Shown here piece by piece: positions 46,583 to 56,537 of a stretch of DNA of 64,000 nt (position 1 is the stretch's first letter; the number at the start of each line of letters is the position of its first letter). Origin of the DNA: Planctomycetota bacterium (GTDB taxonomy: Bacteria; Planctomycetota; MHYJ01; WSZJ01); assembly GCA_038060895.1 (NCBI GenBank), contig JBBTCT010000011.1, forward strand, positions 32,001 to 96,000. Direction: 5' to 3'. A program made the translations under genes and the position numbers. Under the pieces are notes generated by a model. It was given only the letters and a program-made list of their open reading frames with translations. It was not told where the DNA came from and did no database searches.

Positions 46583-46795
46583 CTAGTTGTTGCTTTCGAG
46601 AACCGCCTCTGGAAACAGCAGCGCGCAGTGCATCGCCTCCAGTGCGTCGGACGTGTTCCCGTCGATCAACACCCTCGCGATCGATTCGAACTCGTACCCC
46701 TCGCGCATCATGTCGAAGACGAAATCCACGGGAACCTGCGTCCCCCGGATGACCGCTTCTCCCGTGATCGCGTGCCTCGTGATCGACTGAAACAT
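46583..46795 (-). CDS. DUF433-family small protein (antitoxin-like)
   Basis: GEAVIRGTQVPV..VFDMM.EG...ESIA matches the DUF433 pattern. Confidence 0.65.
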   Translation of the reverse strand: MFQSITRHAITGEAVIRGTQVPVDFVFDMMREGYEFESIARVLIDGNTSDALEAMHCALLFPEAVLESNN

Positions 46796-46886
46796 CGTGA
46801 GCCCCTTTCCGATGGTGTTCCGTGCCTGTCCGAAGGTGGTCCGTACATGTTTCGGCCGGGCGGCACGCGGGACTGGAGCGCTTATC

Positions 46887-46925
46887 AAAAACAAAAACGG
46901 GACCGCGGTTTTCCGCGGCCCCGTC
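46887..46925 (-). terminator. Rho-independent terminator of smc
   Basis: Stem ACGGGACCGCGG-tttt-CCGCGGCCCCGT, followed on the minus strand by a T-rich run. Confidence 0.8.
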
Positions 46926-46940
46926 TGGATCGATCCCTGC

Positions 46941-49900
46941 CTAAACCTGCGCGGGGGCCAGCGCCGTCTCCTGCCCCTTCTCGTCCACGACCTTCACGCT
47001 CACTTTCTTCGACACGCCGCGCTCCTGCATCGTGATCCCGTACATCGAGTTCACGCACGCCATCGTCTTCTTGTTGTGCGTGATCACGATGAACTGCGTG
47101 CCGGCGGAGAAGTCCTTCACGAGGTCGTTGAAGCGGCCCACGTTGGCCTCGTCGAGGGGCGCATCGACCTCGTCGAGGACGCAGAACGGGGAGGGCTTGA
47201 GCATGAAGAGCGCCATGATGAACGCGAGGACGGTGAGCGTCTTTTCGCCGCCGGAGAGCTGCGCGATCGTCGCCGGCTCTTTGCCCGGGGGCTTCGCGAG
47301 CAGGTCGATGCCGCACTCCAGGACGTCCTGCCCTTCCTCGGTGACGATCTCGGCCTTGCCGCCGCCGAACAGCTTGCGGAACACCTCGTTGAAATTGAGC
47401 CGCGTCTGTTCGAGGGTGGCAAGCAGCAGCTCGCGGCTTTCGCGGTTGATCTTGCGGATCAGCTCCTCGAGCTGGGCCTTGGACATCGTGAGGTCCTGTT
47501 CCTGGCCCTTGAGGTAGGTGAACTTCTCTTCCTTCTCCTTCAGTTCGTGGATCGCCTCCGGGTTGACGCCTCCCATGTTGTCCATCCGGCGCTTGAGCTC
47601 GTTGACCTCCGTCGTCAGCCCTTCTTCGGTCGCGTTCGGGTCGCGCGCCATGCCGTCGTTCGCCTGGCGCAGGTCGATCCCGAGGTCCTCCAGGTACCGC
47701 GCGACGAGCGTCTCCTCCTTGTTCTGGAGGTTGCCCTGCTCGAGCGTGAGCTGGTTAATTTTCTGTTCCGCCGCGCGAAGCTCCGTCTCGGCTTCGTTCT
47801 TCCGCGAAGCGGCCTCCCTTGCGGCCGCGACGGCGGCCTTGCGGGCTTCCTCCGCCGCCACCGCATCCCGCGCCGCTTCGTCGTAGATACGCTGGAGGTC
47901 CGAGAGCCTCGCGCGCCGTTCCTCGACCGCATCGAGCGCCGCCCGGTGCCGCTGGTCGCACTCCGCGATCCGCTTCTCCGCCTGCGCCGCCGCCGTCTCC
48001 GCCGCGTGGATCTGCTTCCCGAGGTCCGCCGCCTGCGCCGCCGCCTGGTCCCGCCGGCCTTGCGCCTCGGCGCGCGACACCCGAAGCGCCTCCAGCGCCT
48101 GCCGCGCCTCGTCGGCCGCAGCCGCTGCCGCGGCGGCCTTCTTCGCCAGGTCCGCCGCCTGCTCCTTCAATTGCGCTTCCAGCGCCTCCAGCTCCCCGAT
48201 CAGGTCCGCCAGCCGCGCCGCGCGCTCCCCGAGACGAGCTTCCTGCTCCCGCGCGTCCGCATCCTCGCGCTCGCTCAGGTCGAGGTCCGCGCGAATCACG
48301 TTGAGCCGCGCCTGCACCCCTTCGGCCTCCTTCTTCCGCTCGATCGCGTCGTGCGAACGGTCGAGGACCTCGTTTCGAAGCGCCTGCGCGCGCGCGTCGA
48401 GTTCCGCTTCTTCGGCGACCCGCGCCACGCGGGCCTTGCCCAGGTCTTCCGCCTCGACCGCAAGCTTCTGCGCTTCGACCGCCAGCGCCTTGGCTTCCGC
48501 CCTGCGCCGGATCAGGCCCGCGCGCGCTCCGCCGGCCACGACAAGCCCGTCCGGGTGCACGACGTCTCCATCGAGCGTCGCCGCGGGTGCGTCGAGCTCG
48601 CCGTCCGCGAGGAGTTGAAGAGCCTCGTCCCGTGTGGCGACGATCCGCGCGCCGCCGCAGAGAGCGATGACGAGCGGCCGGAACTCCGGCGCGCAGGTCG
48701 CGAAGTCCGCGAGCCGCCCGCGCGGGGATTTTTCAGGGAAGAGCTTGTTGACGAGTTCGGGCCCCGTGGGGACGGCAAACTGGGCGAAGAAATCCTCTTC
48801 GACCTCGACTTCGCCGGGCAGCCAACCAAAGGTGGCTCCGTAGAAATCGGGATTCAGGATGTCCGCGAGCGCGATCCAGTCCGCCGGCGCCGGCGCGCCA
48901 TCTGCGGAAGCGAGGAACTCTGCGCCGCACGCGCCCAGCGCATCCGCCTGCTGCACGATCCGGCTGCCGCGGAAACGGTCGAGCGCAAGCATCGCCACGC
49001 GGCCGTTCGCGAGCGAGAGCCCGGCGCGCATCGCCTCCACCGAATCGAACACCGCCGCCTGCGCGCGGTCCCCGAGGATCGCCTCGGCCGCGAGCGCGAT
49101 CGACGGCTCGAACTCAACGAGGTCCGCGACCAGCCCGCGGAACCCCGCGACGCCGTTCTTTCGCGCGGCCTCCAGCAGCCGCTTCGCCCCCGTGCCCACG
49201 CCTTCCATCTGGCGCTCGAGGTCCCGGTACGTCTCCAGCCGCGCCTGCGCCTTCGCCAGCGACTCGCGCTTCTCCGCCAGCGCGCGGGCCGCGTCCGCCG
49301 ATGCGGCCTGCGACAATTTGTGGCGCGCCGCGACCCCCTCGTGCTCCCCCTTCAGCCGCGCAATGTCCGCGTCGATGCTGGACTTCTCCGTGAGGATCGC
49401 CGAGATCCGGCCGTCGAGCCCGGAGGCCTCGCCGCGCAGTTTTTCTGCCTTTTCGGAAGCGCGTGCCCTCTGCGCCCGCAGGCCTCCGCGGTTCGCCTCG
49501 ATCCCGGCCGCCTCGTTGTGCGCCTGCGAACGCCGGTGCATCGCCTCGAGCGACTCGCGCTGCCGCGCCGCCCGCTCCCCTTCGACGTGCCGCACCGCCT
49601 CGGCCGCCGCCTTGCAGGCTTCCTCGCGCGCTTCGATCCCGCGAGCGATCTCCTTCAACCCCGCCTCGGCGGCCTCGAACGCCTCGATCGCCGCGCTCTC
49701 GCGCCGCGCCAGCTCCCGCGACTCCTCGCGCCGCGACTTCAGATCTTCGGCCGCGCGCGCGGCTTCTTCCTCGACGTGCTTTGCGAGGGAAGCGGCGTCC
49801 TCGATCGCCTTGCCGCACGCCTCGACTTCCTTCGCTGCGCCTTCGCGGCGGCCGTGCGCCCCGGCAAACGCCGCGCGCGCTTCTTCTTCCGCATCCGCCG

Positions 49901-50714
49901 CATCGCGTGCGGCCTGTTCGAGGCCGCTGATTGTTTCCTCGACGCGGCCGCGGTCGGCGCGTGCGTCCTCGAGCCGCGCGGCGACGGCGTCGAACTGGGC
50001 GCGGAGGGAGTCGAAGCTGATGAGGGCGAGGAGCGTTTTCTTGCCGCGCCATTCCTCCTGGAACTGGACGAAGCGCTGGGCCTTGCCGGCCTGGATCTTG
50101 AGGGAGCGGATGTTGCTTTCCATCTCGCGGAGGGTGTCGCCGAGGCGGAGCAGGTCGTTGTCCACGCGCTCGAGGCGCGAGATGGATTCCTTTTTGCGGG
50201 CGCGGTAACGCGAGATGCCGGCGGCCTCGTCGAGAAGCGCGCGGCGGTCCTTGGGCGACGCTTCGAGCACGACGTTGATGCGTCCCTGCTCGATGATCGA
50301 GTACGCGTCGGTCCCGACGCCGGTGTCGAGGAACATGTCGATGATGTCTTTGCGGCGCGCGGACTGCTTGTTGATGAGGTACTCGGACTCGCCGCTGCGG
50401 TAGAGGCGGCGGGTGACGGTGACTTCGCTGAATTCGGTCTGGAGCTTGCCGTCGGCATTTTCGAACGTCAGGGAGACCTCGGCGAAGCCGGAGGGCTGGC
50501 GGACGCCGGAGCCATTGAAGATGCAGTCGAGCATGTCGTCACCGCGGATCGACTTGGCGGAGAGGTCGCCGAGGACCCACTTGAGGGCGTCCACGACGTT
50601 GGACTTGCCGCAGCCGTTGGGGCCGATGATGCCGGTGACGCCGGGATCAAACGAAAAGTGGGTCTTGTCGGCGAAAGACTTGAAGCCCTGCATTTCGAGG
50701 CTTTTGAGCTGCAT
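46941..50714 (-). CDS. smc: Chromosome segregation protein SMC
   Basis: GFKSFAD, GPNGCGKSN, coiled coils, hinge, LSGGEK, LDEVDAPLD, FIVITH. Confidence 0.97.
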   Translation of the reverse strand: MQLKSLEMQGFKSFADKTHFSFDPGVTGIIGPNGCGKSNVVDALKWVLGDLSAKSIRGDDMLDCIFNGSGVRQPSGFAEVSLTFENADGKLQTEFSEVTVTRRLYRSGESEYLINKQSARRKDIIDMFLDTGVGTDAYSIIEQGRINVVLEASPKDRRALLDEAAGISRYRARKKESISRLERVDNDLLRLGDTLREMESNIRSLKIQAGKAQRFVQFQEEWRGKKTLLALISFDSLRAQFDAVAARLEDARADRGRVEETISGLEQAARDAADAEEEARAAFAGAHGRREGAAKEVEACGKAIEDAASLAKHVEEEAARAAEDLKSRREESRELARRESAAIEAFEAAEAGLKEIARGIEAREEACKAAAEAVRHVEGERAARQRESLEAMHRRSQAHNEAAGIEANRGGLRAQRARASEKAEKLRGEASGLDGRISAILTEKSSIDADIARLKGEHEGVAARHKLSQAASADAARALAEKRESLAKAQARLETYRDLERQMEGVGTGAKRLLEAARKNGVAGFRGLVADLVEFEPSIALAAEAILGDRAQAAVFDSVEAMRAGLSLANGRVAMLALDRFRGSRIVQQADALGACGAEFLASADGAPAPADWIALADILNPDFYGATFGWLPGEVEVEEDFFAQFAVPTGPELVNKLFPEKSPRGRLADFATCAPEFRPLVIALCGGARIVATRDEALQLLADGELDAPAATLDGDVVHPDGLVVAGGARAGLIRRRAEAKALAVEAQKLAVEAEDLGKARVARVAEEAELDARAQALRNEVLDRSHDAIERKKEAEGVQARLNVIRADLDLSEREDADAREQEARLGERAARLADLIGELEALEAQLKEQAADLAKKAAAAAAAADEARQALEALRVSRAEAQGRRDQAAAQAADLGKQIHAAETAAAQAEKRIAECDQRHRAALDAVEERRARLSDLQRIYDEAARDAVAAEEARKAAVAAAREAASRKNEAETELRAAEQKINQLTLEQGNLQNKEETLVARYLEDLGIDLRQANDGMARDPNATEEGLTTEVNELKRRMDNMGGVNPEAIHELKEKEEKFTYLKGQEQDLTMSKAQLEELIRKINRESRELLLATLEQTRLNFNEVFRKLFGGGKAEIVTEEGQDVLECGIDLLAKPPGKEPATIAQLSGGEKTLTVLAFIMALFMLKPSPFCVLDEVDAPLDEANVGRFNDLVKDFSAGTQFIVITHNKKTMACVNSMYGITMQERGVSKKVSVKVVDEKGQETALAPAQV

Positions 50715-51004
50715 GGCGCGAAGGTTTCCTCTCCGGGGGTGGGACGGAGTATGTTTACAATTTATAAAGTATAAATCACAACTGCAGCAAGTCAAGGGTC
50801 CTCGATCAAAAACCGGTGACAAATCGCGCTGCCGAACCGCGAAACTGGTGCGCCGATCAGGAGTCCATAAGTCATTACAAGATAATGTTTTGTGGCGCGC
50901 CTGCGCCTGCGCGCCCACCCGGGCGGGGGACGGAGATCGCGCTTCACCACGTCAGGGCGCGATTTGTCCGGAAATGCCCGAAAATCCGGGTTCTCTGAAA
51001 CCCG

Positions 51005-51619
51005 TTATCGCTTCAGAAAGGTCATCTGCACAAACTCCTCCAGCGCCTCCACCCCGCCCGTGTCCCCGGCTGCCAGATCCTCATAGTCGCTGTCCGCATT
51101 CCGGATCCCGAACAGTGTTGCGAAGACCCGCATCGAGCTGCGCGCCATTCCCTTCCCCGCCTCAAAAAGCTTCTTGAAATGGTCCGCCGTTTCGTCCGAA
51201 TACTCGCTCAACGCGTCTGGCTTCCCTTCCGAGACTCCGTCCAGATAGTTCGGGTCCGTCGCGTACTGGTCCACCTTCCGGCCGTCGTCCGTGAGGTTGT
51301 ACCCCCAACTGCGGTCGCCCTGGGACCAGATCAGAAGCGCGGGCGCTTTCATCTCGGCCGAGATTCGCTGCACCAGGTCGAAGATATCGACGAAGTTCTC
51401 GTCGAATATCGAGACCCAGCCGTTGTTCGCCGGGCTGACCAGGAAGTGCCGGACCTTCGACCGCGTCGGGTCAACGGGAGCCCGGTCGCCCGGCCCTTCC
51501 GCAAGGACGACCGGATCGAATCCCGCACGCGCGAGCACCTCGGTGACCGCATCGAGCACCGCGCCCTGGTCGTCGGTCTTCACGTGGATGGCGTTCACAA
51601 AGTCGCGCACGACGTCCAT
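51005..51619 (-). CDS. Hypothetical protein
   Basis: Continuous ORF with codon bias typical of the region, directly downstream of the methyltransferase. Confidence 0.65.
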   Translation of the reverse strand: MDVVRDFVNAIHVKTDDQGAVLDAVTEVLARAGFDPVVLAEGPGDRAPVDPTRSKVRHFLVSPANNGWVSIFDENFVDIFDLVQRISAEMKAPALLIWSQGDRSWGYNLTDDGRKVDQYATDPNYLDGVSEGKPDALSEYSDETADHFKKLFEAGKGMARSSMRVFATLFGIRNADSDYEDLAAGDTGGVEALEEFVQMTFLKR

Positions 51620-51620
51620 C

Positions 51621-52682
51621 CTATCGCCGCGAAATCCGTGCGTCCATTCGACCAGCACCGCCCGCGTCCGCTTTCTCCGCCCGCAGGATCAGCTCTTCGC
51701 CCGAATCCGCCCCGATCCAGCGCCTCCCCTGCTCCCACGCCTGGAACGCCAGCCCCTTCCATCGAGGGCCGATGCCTTCTACGCCGGTGCGCCCCTCGCG
51801 CTCGATGGCCCGGCTCTGCGCCCACGCCAGCCGCGCGGCGCGGCCCGTAGTCCGAAGCTCCAGCACGCGGAGCCCCGCAGTCTCGGCAAAAATGCGCAGT
51901 GAGGCGCGCGTCAGCAGCATGAAGTGCCGCGGCGGGTCCCAGTGAACCCACGCCGCGCCGAACCTGCGCCGGCCGAGCGAGCGGAGGTTCGGCGTCACGA
52001 CGACAAGCTTCCCGCCCGGGGCAAGCCGCGCGGCCGCTTCACGCAGGAACGCCGCCGGATCCGGCACGTGCTCGATCACGTGGTGCGCGGTGAGGGCGTC
52101 GAAGGGCGTGTCGCGAAACTCCGGGCCGTCCAGCGTGCCGACGTGCACCTCCAGACCGTGCACCTCGCGGGCGACCTTCGCGGCTTCCGCGTCCGGCTCG
52201 AGGCCCTGCACGACCCATCCGAGCTCGCGCATCGCACGAATGAGGGTCCCGCTTCCGCACCCGACGTCGAGAAGACGCCCTCCTTGGCGCGCGGGGAGCC
52301 AGAGTGCCGAACCAGCGATCACGTCCTTCAGGGCCGGAACGCACGCTGCGAGCGCGCCGAAGCCCACATTTCCGCCGGGGTAGCCCAGCGCGACCCGGAG
52401 GTAGCCGCGCCGGATTCGTTCGCGAAGAGAGCGCGGGTCGCGAGGAGGGACAGCGGCGTGAGTGTGGTAACCAGCATAGAGCCGAGGCACGTCCTCGGGT
52501 GCGGGCAGGGGGTCCAGCCAGGCGACGCCGCACGGGACGCACTCGCGGATAGACCAGGCACCGGGAGCGGAGTAGATCCGATCGCGCAGGCCCGTGAAGA
52601 GCGGATCGCGCCCCGCGCCGCAGAGCGGGCAGGCCGGTCGGGGCTCGCAACGGAGCCCTTCGTTTTCGGATGTGATTGCCAC
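51621..52682 (-). CDS. Class I SAM-dependent methyltransferase with N-terminal zinc ribbon
   Basis: CPLC...CVPC, LLDVGCGSG, HHVIEHVPDP, PPRH. Confidence 0.88.
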   Translation of the reverse strand: MAITSENEGLRCEPRPACPLCGAGRDPLFTGLRDRIYSAPGAWSIRECVPCGVAWLDPLPAPEDVPRLYAGYHTHAAVPPRDPRSLRERIRRGYLRVALGYPGGNVGFGALAACVPALKDVIAGSALWLPARQGGRLLDVGCGSGTLIRAMRELGWVVQGLEPDAEAAKVAREVHGLEVHVGTLDGPEFRDTPFDALTAHHVIEHVPDPAAFLREAAARLAPGGKLVVVTPNLRSLGRRRFGAAWVHWDPPRHFMLLTRASLRIFAETAGLRVLELRTTGRAARLAWAQSRAIEREGRTGVEGIGPRWKGLAFQAWEQGRRWIGADSGEELILRAEKADAGGAGRMDARISRR

Positions 52683-52878
52683 GAAGAGATACAGGAAGTG
52701 TACAGGGGCTTTTCGAATCGGCGTGAGCTCGCGGCGGCGCTTCCTTTCTTGAGATCACCGCAACTCATTACTGAATCATGTTTTGCGACAATTACGTGGC
52801 GTACAAAAGTTAGGGCAAACAATTCGCGCCACAAAGCGTCTAAACCGGCACCTCATCTCTTCTTACGGAGTCCTCGAA

Positions 52879-54291
52879 ATGCCTTTTCCGCGCCTTTTCG
52901 CCGCGATCCTGATTGCCGCCGCCTCCGCGCTCCAGGCCGGCGCCCAAGGCAAAGCCACGCCCTTCATCGACGGTGAAAACGGGATCGCGATGATGCCTCC
53001 AGAAAAATGGAAGTGCATCCCGACGCCGAAGGAGATGAAGTACAAGGAGTGGATGGCGGAGGAAAAACTCCGGATGGTTGCAAAGTGGTCTGCACCGCAG
53101 CCTGACGCCGACATGTTCCCCATGGACCTGGAGATCTACGAAATCAAGGACGCAAAAACTGTCGATGCCGCGTTGAAGTCGTACGTCGACGAGAAGATCA
53201 CGAGGAGTTACTCGCAGAAGTTCGACATCAAGAAGACGCAGGACATCCTGATCCAGGGAAAGCACAAGGGGAAGTTCTTCCTCGCGGATCCGTCAAACCG
53301 CAATTTCGGTTACACGGTGGCGATCGTCTGCAACGGCGAAAAGTCGTTTGCGCTCGAGTTCACGGGCGGCCTGGCGCGCGCCGAAAAAGCGATGCCCGAC
53401 CGGCTCAAGGTCGCCATGTCCTTCCAGTTCCTGTCGGAAAAGGACATCGAGAAAATCCGCAAGGCGGGGCCAAGACTGTTGCCGGGTTGGCAGGTCAACA
53501 AAACCGAGCACTATGACATCCAGTACAACTGCGACAGGGACTTCGCCATCGTCGTAGGCAAACACCTCGAGGCCATCCTGCTCGAATACCAGAAGTTCTT
53601 CCCGCTCGATTCGTTCGGCGGCGGCCCTGTCCTGATCGAAGGAAAAGAGAACCAGCCCGCCAGCCAGAAAGTGACGCTGGAGCGCATGACCGTGAAGCTC
53701 TTCGGCAAGGACGAGGAATTCCAGTCCTACGCCGCGGCCAACGGCGTCGGCGGCGCGGCGGCCTACTTCAGCCCGATGCAGAACGAACTGTGCGGGTACA
53801 AAACTGTCAGCCAGGGGAAGTCGCTGTCGATCCACATCATGTACCACGAAGCGATGCACCAGTACCTCCACGCGCTCTTCGGCGAAGAAGTCCGCATCCC
53901 GATCTGGCTCAACGAAGGCATGGCCGAGTATTTCTTCGGCGGAAACTTCAACGATGCCACCGGCCGCTTCACGATCGGCCTCAACAAGGAGCGCATCGAC
54001 ACGATCCGCCAGGCCTGCCGCGACGGCTCGTTCGTCCCGCTCGCCAAGCTCTTCAAGTACACCCAGGGCCAGTATTACGCCAACGCGGGGCTCTGCTACG
54101 CGCAGGGATGGTCGGTCGCCTATTTCATGTGGACCACCCCGGACCCGAAGTACAAGGGCGTGATCGAGGAATTCATGAAGAAGCTGAGGCAGACCAAGGA
54201 TGCCGACGAGGCATTCAAGAGTTCTTTCGGGAAGCTCGACCAGGATCAACTGGAGCAGGACTGGAAGGACTACGTCATCAACAAAATGTAA
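52879..54291 (+). CDS. Exported DUF1570-type zincin protein
   Basis: Signal peptide, TEHY, AAYFSP, YHEAMHQY...PIWLNEGMAEYF, YAQGWS. Confidence 0.85.
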   Translation: MPFPRLFAAILIAAASALQAGAQGKATPFIDGENGIAMMPPEKWKCIPTPKEMKYKEWMAEEKLRMVAKWSAPQPDADMFPMDLEIYEIKDAKTVDAALKSYVDEKITRSYSQKFDIKKTQDILIQGKHKGKFFLADPSNRNFGYTVAIVCNGEKSFALEFTGGLARAEKAMPDRLKVAMSFQFLSEKDIEKIRKAGPRLLPGWQVNKTEHYDIQYNCDRDFAIVVGKHLEAILLEYQKFFPLDSFGGGPVLIEGKENQPASQKVTLERMTVKLFGKDEEFQSYAAANGVGGAAAYFSPMQNELCGYKTVSQGKSLSIHIMYHEAMHQYLHALFGEEVRIPIWLNEGMAEYFFGGNFNDATGRFTIGLNKERIDTIRQACRDGSFVPLAKLFKYTQGQYYANAGLCYAQGWSVAYFMWTTPDPKYKGVIEEFMKKLRQTKDADEAFKSSFGKLDQDQLEQDWKDYVINKM

Positions 54292-54362
54292 CCCGGAGGG
54301 TGGTCGCAGGGCTGGAACACCTGCAAGGCCTGACTGGTGCGGTAAGTGGGTTGAAGCGAAAG

Positions 54363-55064
54363 CTACTTCCGCGAGAGGTCGTCGTTCAGCTTCCCCTTCT
54401 CGTGCTCCCACCAGTCGTCCCACTCCGCGAAGTCGCCCAGCTTCTCGCCCGTGAGGCGGCGCATCGCGGCGCGGCAGGATTGAGCGACCTTCTCCTTGAA
54501 ATTCTGGTGAGGGTCGCGACCGGAGAATTTGCACTTGTGCCAGATGTCGAGAACCGCTTCGGCGCTCGACTTGGATGAAATCGCAGCCATCGCGTCGATG
54601 GCGGCGTCGATCGCGTCCAGGTCCTCTTTCTCGTGTTTGCTCACGCGTCCGCGCGCGAACGCCAGGAGCGCAGCAATCGAGGAACGATGACCCTGCTCCT
54701 GGATCGCGCTGCACACTCCCCTGAAGACCTGAATGTTCGACGCCGTCTTCGGGATAGTCGCGTTCAGCGCATCCGCCGCGTCACCGTTGTCCTTCATGCG
54801 CCCGAGCGCCGCGGCCGCCGCGACCCGCCAGTCGTCCGGGTTTCCGCTCAAGAGGATCCCCTGAAGAGCCACGATCACCTTCAGGTGCGGGCAGTCCCCC
54901 GCGGACTTGATCGCTTCCTTGATCGCGGCCGCGTCGCCGACTTTCACCGCTTCGGAAATCGCGTCGATCTTCGATTTCGCATCGGCATCGGTGGGCTTCG
55001 GCGGATCCTCGGCGAATGCGGGAGGGAGACAGAACAGAACCAGCAGGACGGTGGCTTGCTTCAT
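54363..55064 (-). CDS. Exported HEAT-repeat protein, paralog 3
   Basis: Signal peptide, DCPH, AAAALGRMK, and C-terminal LTGE...WDDWW...KLNDDLSRK. Confidence 0.8.
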   Translation of the reverse strand: MKQATVLLVLFCLPPAFAEDPPKPTDADAKSKIDAISEAVKVGDAAAIKEAIKSAGDCPHLKVIVALQGILLSGNPDDWRVAAAAALGRMKDNGDAADALNATIPKTASNIQVFRGVCSAIQEQGHRSSIAALLAFARGRVSKHEKEDLDAIDAAIDAMAAISSKSSAEAVLDIWHKCKFSGRDPHQNFKEKVAQSCRAAMRRLTGEKLGDFAEWDDWWEHEKGKLNDDLSRK

Positions 55065-55090
55065 TCGCGCGAGTATAGAACAGAGGCGCC

Positions 55091-55798
55091 CTATTTCGCG
55101 GTGAGGTCGTCGTTGAACTTCGCCTTGTTGTCCTTCCACCACTCGTCCCACGCGTCCTGATTCCCCATCTTCTCGCCGAGCAGCCGCCCCAGCGCCTGCG
55201 AACAGTGCTTGCGCACCTTTTCGCGGAACTTGCTCGCCGGGTCGCGCCCGACCACCTTGTTCTTGTGCCAGAGATCGATCAACGCCTCGACGCTCGACTT
55301 CCACTTCAGGGCCCCCAGCGTGTCCACGGCCTCGTTCACCCCGGGCAAGTCCTCTCCGTCGCGCGAGCCAAGCCTGTGCTTGACCCACTCCTCGCAGACT
55401 CCAACGCTCGACGGGTGGTTGATGTTGCCGATCGCCGTGAAGCACGCCGACAGGACGCTGGATCTCTCTTCGTTGGCTTTCAGGGCGCCATGAAGCGCCT
55501 TCGCGGCGCCCGCTTCGTTCTTCATCCGCCCGAGCGTCTTGGCCGCTGCCGTGCGGCAGGCGTCGGTGTCACCGACCAGGATCTTCGCCAGGAGGCCCAG
55601 GACGCTCGCGTGGGGGCAGTCGCCCATGCTGTCGATCGCCGCCTGCTTGCTCTCCTCGCTCTTGTCCTTCACCGCCTGGTTGTACGCGTCGGTTCTTGCC
55701 TTCGCGTCCGCGTCAGTCGGCTTCGCGGGCGGAACTTCCTGGGCGAGCGCAGCCAGTGCGGTGAGGCAGGCGATGGCCGTCGTCGTCACGAGCTTCAT
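55091..55798 (-). CDS. Exported HEAT-repeat protein, paralog 2
   Basis: Signal peptide, DCPH, AAAKTLGRMK, and C-terminal WDEWW...KFNDDLTAK. Confidence 0.8.
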   Translation of the reverse strand: MKLVTTTAIACLTALAALAQEVPPAKPTDADAKARTDAYNQAVKDKSEESKQAAIDSMGDCPHASVLGLLAKILVGDTDACRTAAAKTLGRMKNEAGAAKALHGALKANEERSSVLSACFTAIGNINHPSSVGVCEEWVKHRLGSRDGEDLPGVNEAVDTLGALKWKSSVEALIDLWHKNKVVGRDPASKFREKVRKHCSQALGRLLGEKMGNQDAWDEWWKDNKAKFNDDLTAK

Positions 55799-55823
55799 GG
55801 TCGAGTCTCCGGTTAAGAGCGGC

Positions 55824-56537
55824 CTACTTCGTGGTCAGGTCGTCGTTGAACTTCCCCGCGTTCTTTTTCCACCAGTCTTCCCAGCCGTCCATGTCCTCGA
55901 AGCTCTCCCCCGTCAGGCGCTGAAGAGCGCGGTTGAAGCGGGCGTCGTCCTTCCAGCGGAGTCCCTTTCCGCCGCGCGCGCCGTTGGCAACGATGTTTTT
56001 TTTGCCGAGGTCGATCAGCGCGGAAACGCTTCCCTTCCATTTGAGCGCACCCATCGCATCAATCGCGGAATTGATCCCGGGCTGGTCGGCGCCGTCCCGC
56101 TTTGTGATGCGGTGGCTGATCCAGTCTTTGCAGACCGCGACGGAAGAGCCGTGGTTGACTTCACCGATTGCGTCGAAGAGGGCGTCGAGGACCTTGGACT
56201 TCTCTTCGTTGGCGCCGAGTCCGCCGTGAATCGCCTTCGCGGCTTCCGGGAGGCCTTTCATTCTGCCGAGGGCCTTGGCCGTTGCGATGCGGACGTTTTC
56301 GGAAGGATCGCCGAGGAGCGGCGCGAGCGCCGCGGCCGTGGTGGCGTGAGGAGCATCGGCGCAGGCCGAAATGGCGGCGATTTTCGGGTCTTCCTCCTTG
56401 CCCTTGCACGCGACCTTGAGTTCGTCGACGCGGATCCTGGCGGCATCCGCGGCGGCCTTGGCTTCCTCCGGGGACTGGGCGAGCAGGCCTGAACTGAGAA
56501 GGCAGGTTGCGATGAAGGACAACGCGATCTGTTTCAT
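55824..56537 (-). CDS. Exported HEAT-repeat protein, paralog 1
   Basis: Signal peptide, ATAKALGRMK, and C-terminal LTGE...WEDWW...KFNDDLTTK. Confidence 0.8.
   Translation of the reverse strand: MKQIALSFIATCLLSSGLLAQSPEEAKAAADAARIRVDELKVACKGKEEDPKIAAISACADAPHATTAAALAPLLGDPSENVRIATAKALGRMKGLPEAAKAIHGGLGANEEKSKVLDALFDAIGEVNHGSSVAVCKDWISHRITKRDGADQPGINSAIDAMGALKWKGSVSALIDLGKKNIVANGARGGKGLRWKDDARFNRALQRLTGESFEDMDGWEDWWKKNAGKFNDDLTTK

Noticed and set aside
46941-50714. SMC as a Wadjet/JetC or other defence SMC
   Set aside because: It has canonical chromosomal SMC head motifs and no jetA/B/D neighbours.
52812-52846. GGGCAAAC...CAAAGC...CTAAAC resembling a c-di-GMP-I riboswitch
   Set aside because: It lacks the P2 stem with GNRA loop and the P3 stem, and it is too short.
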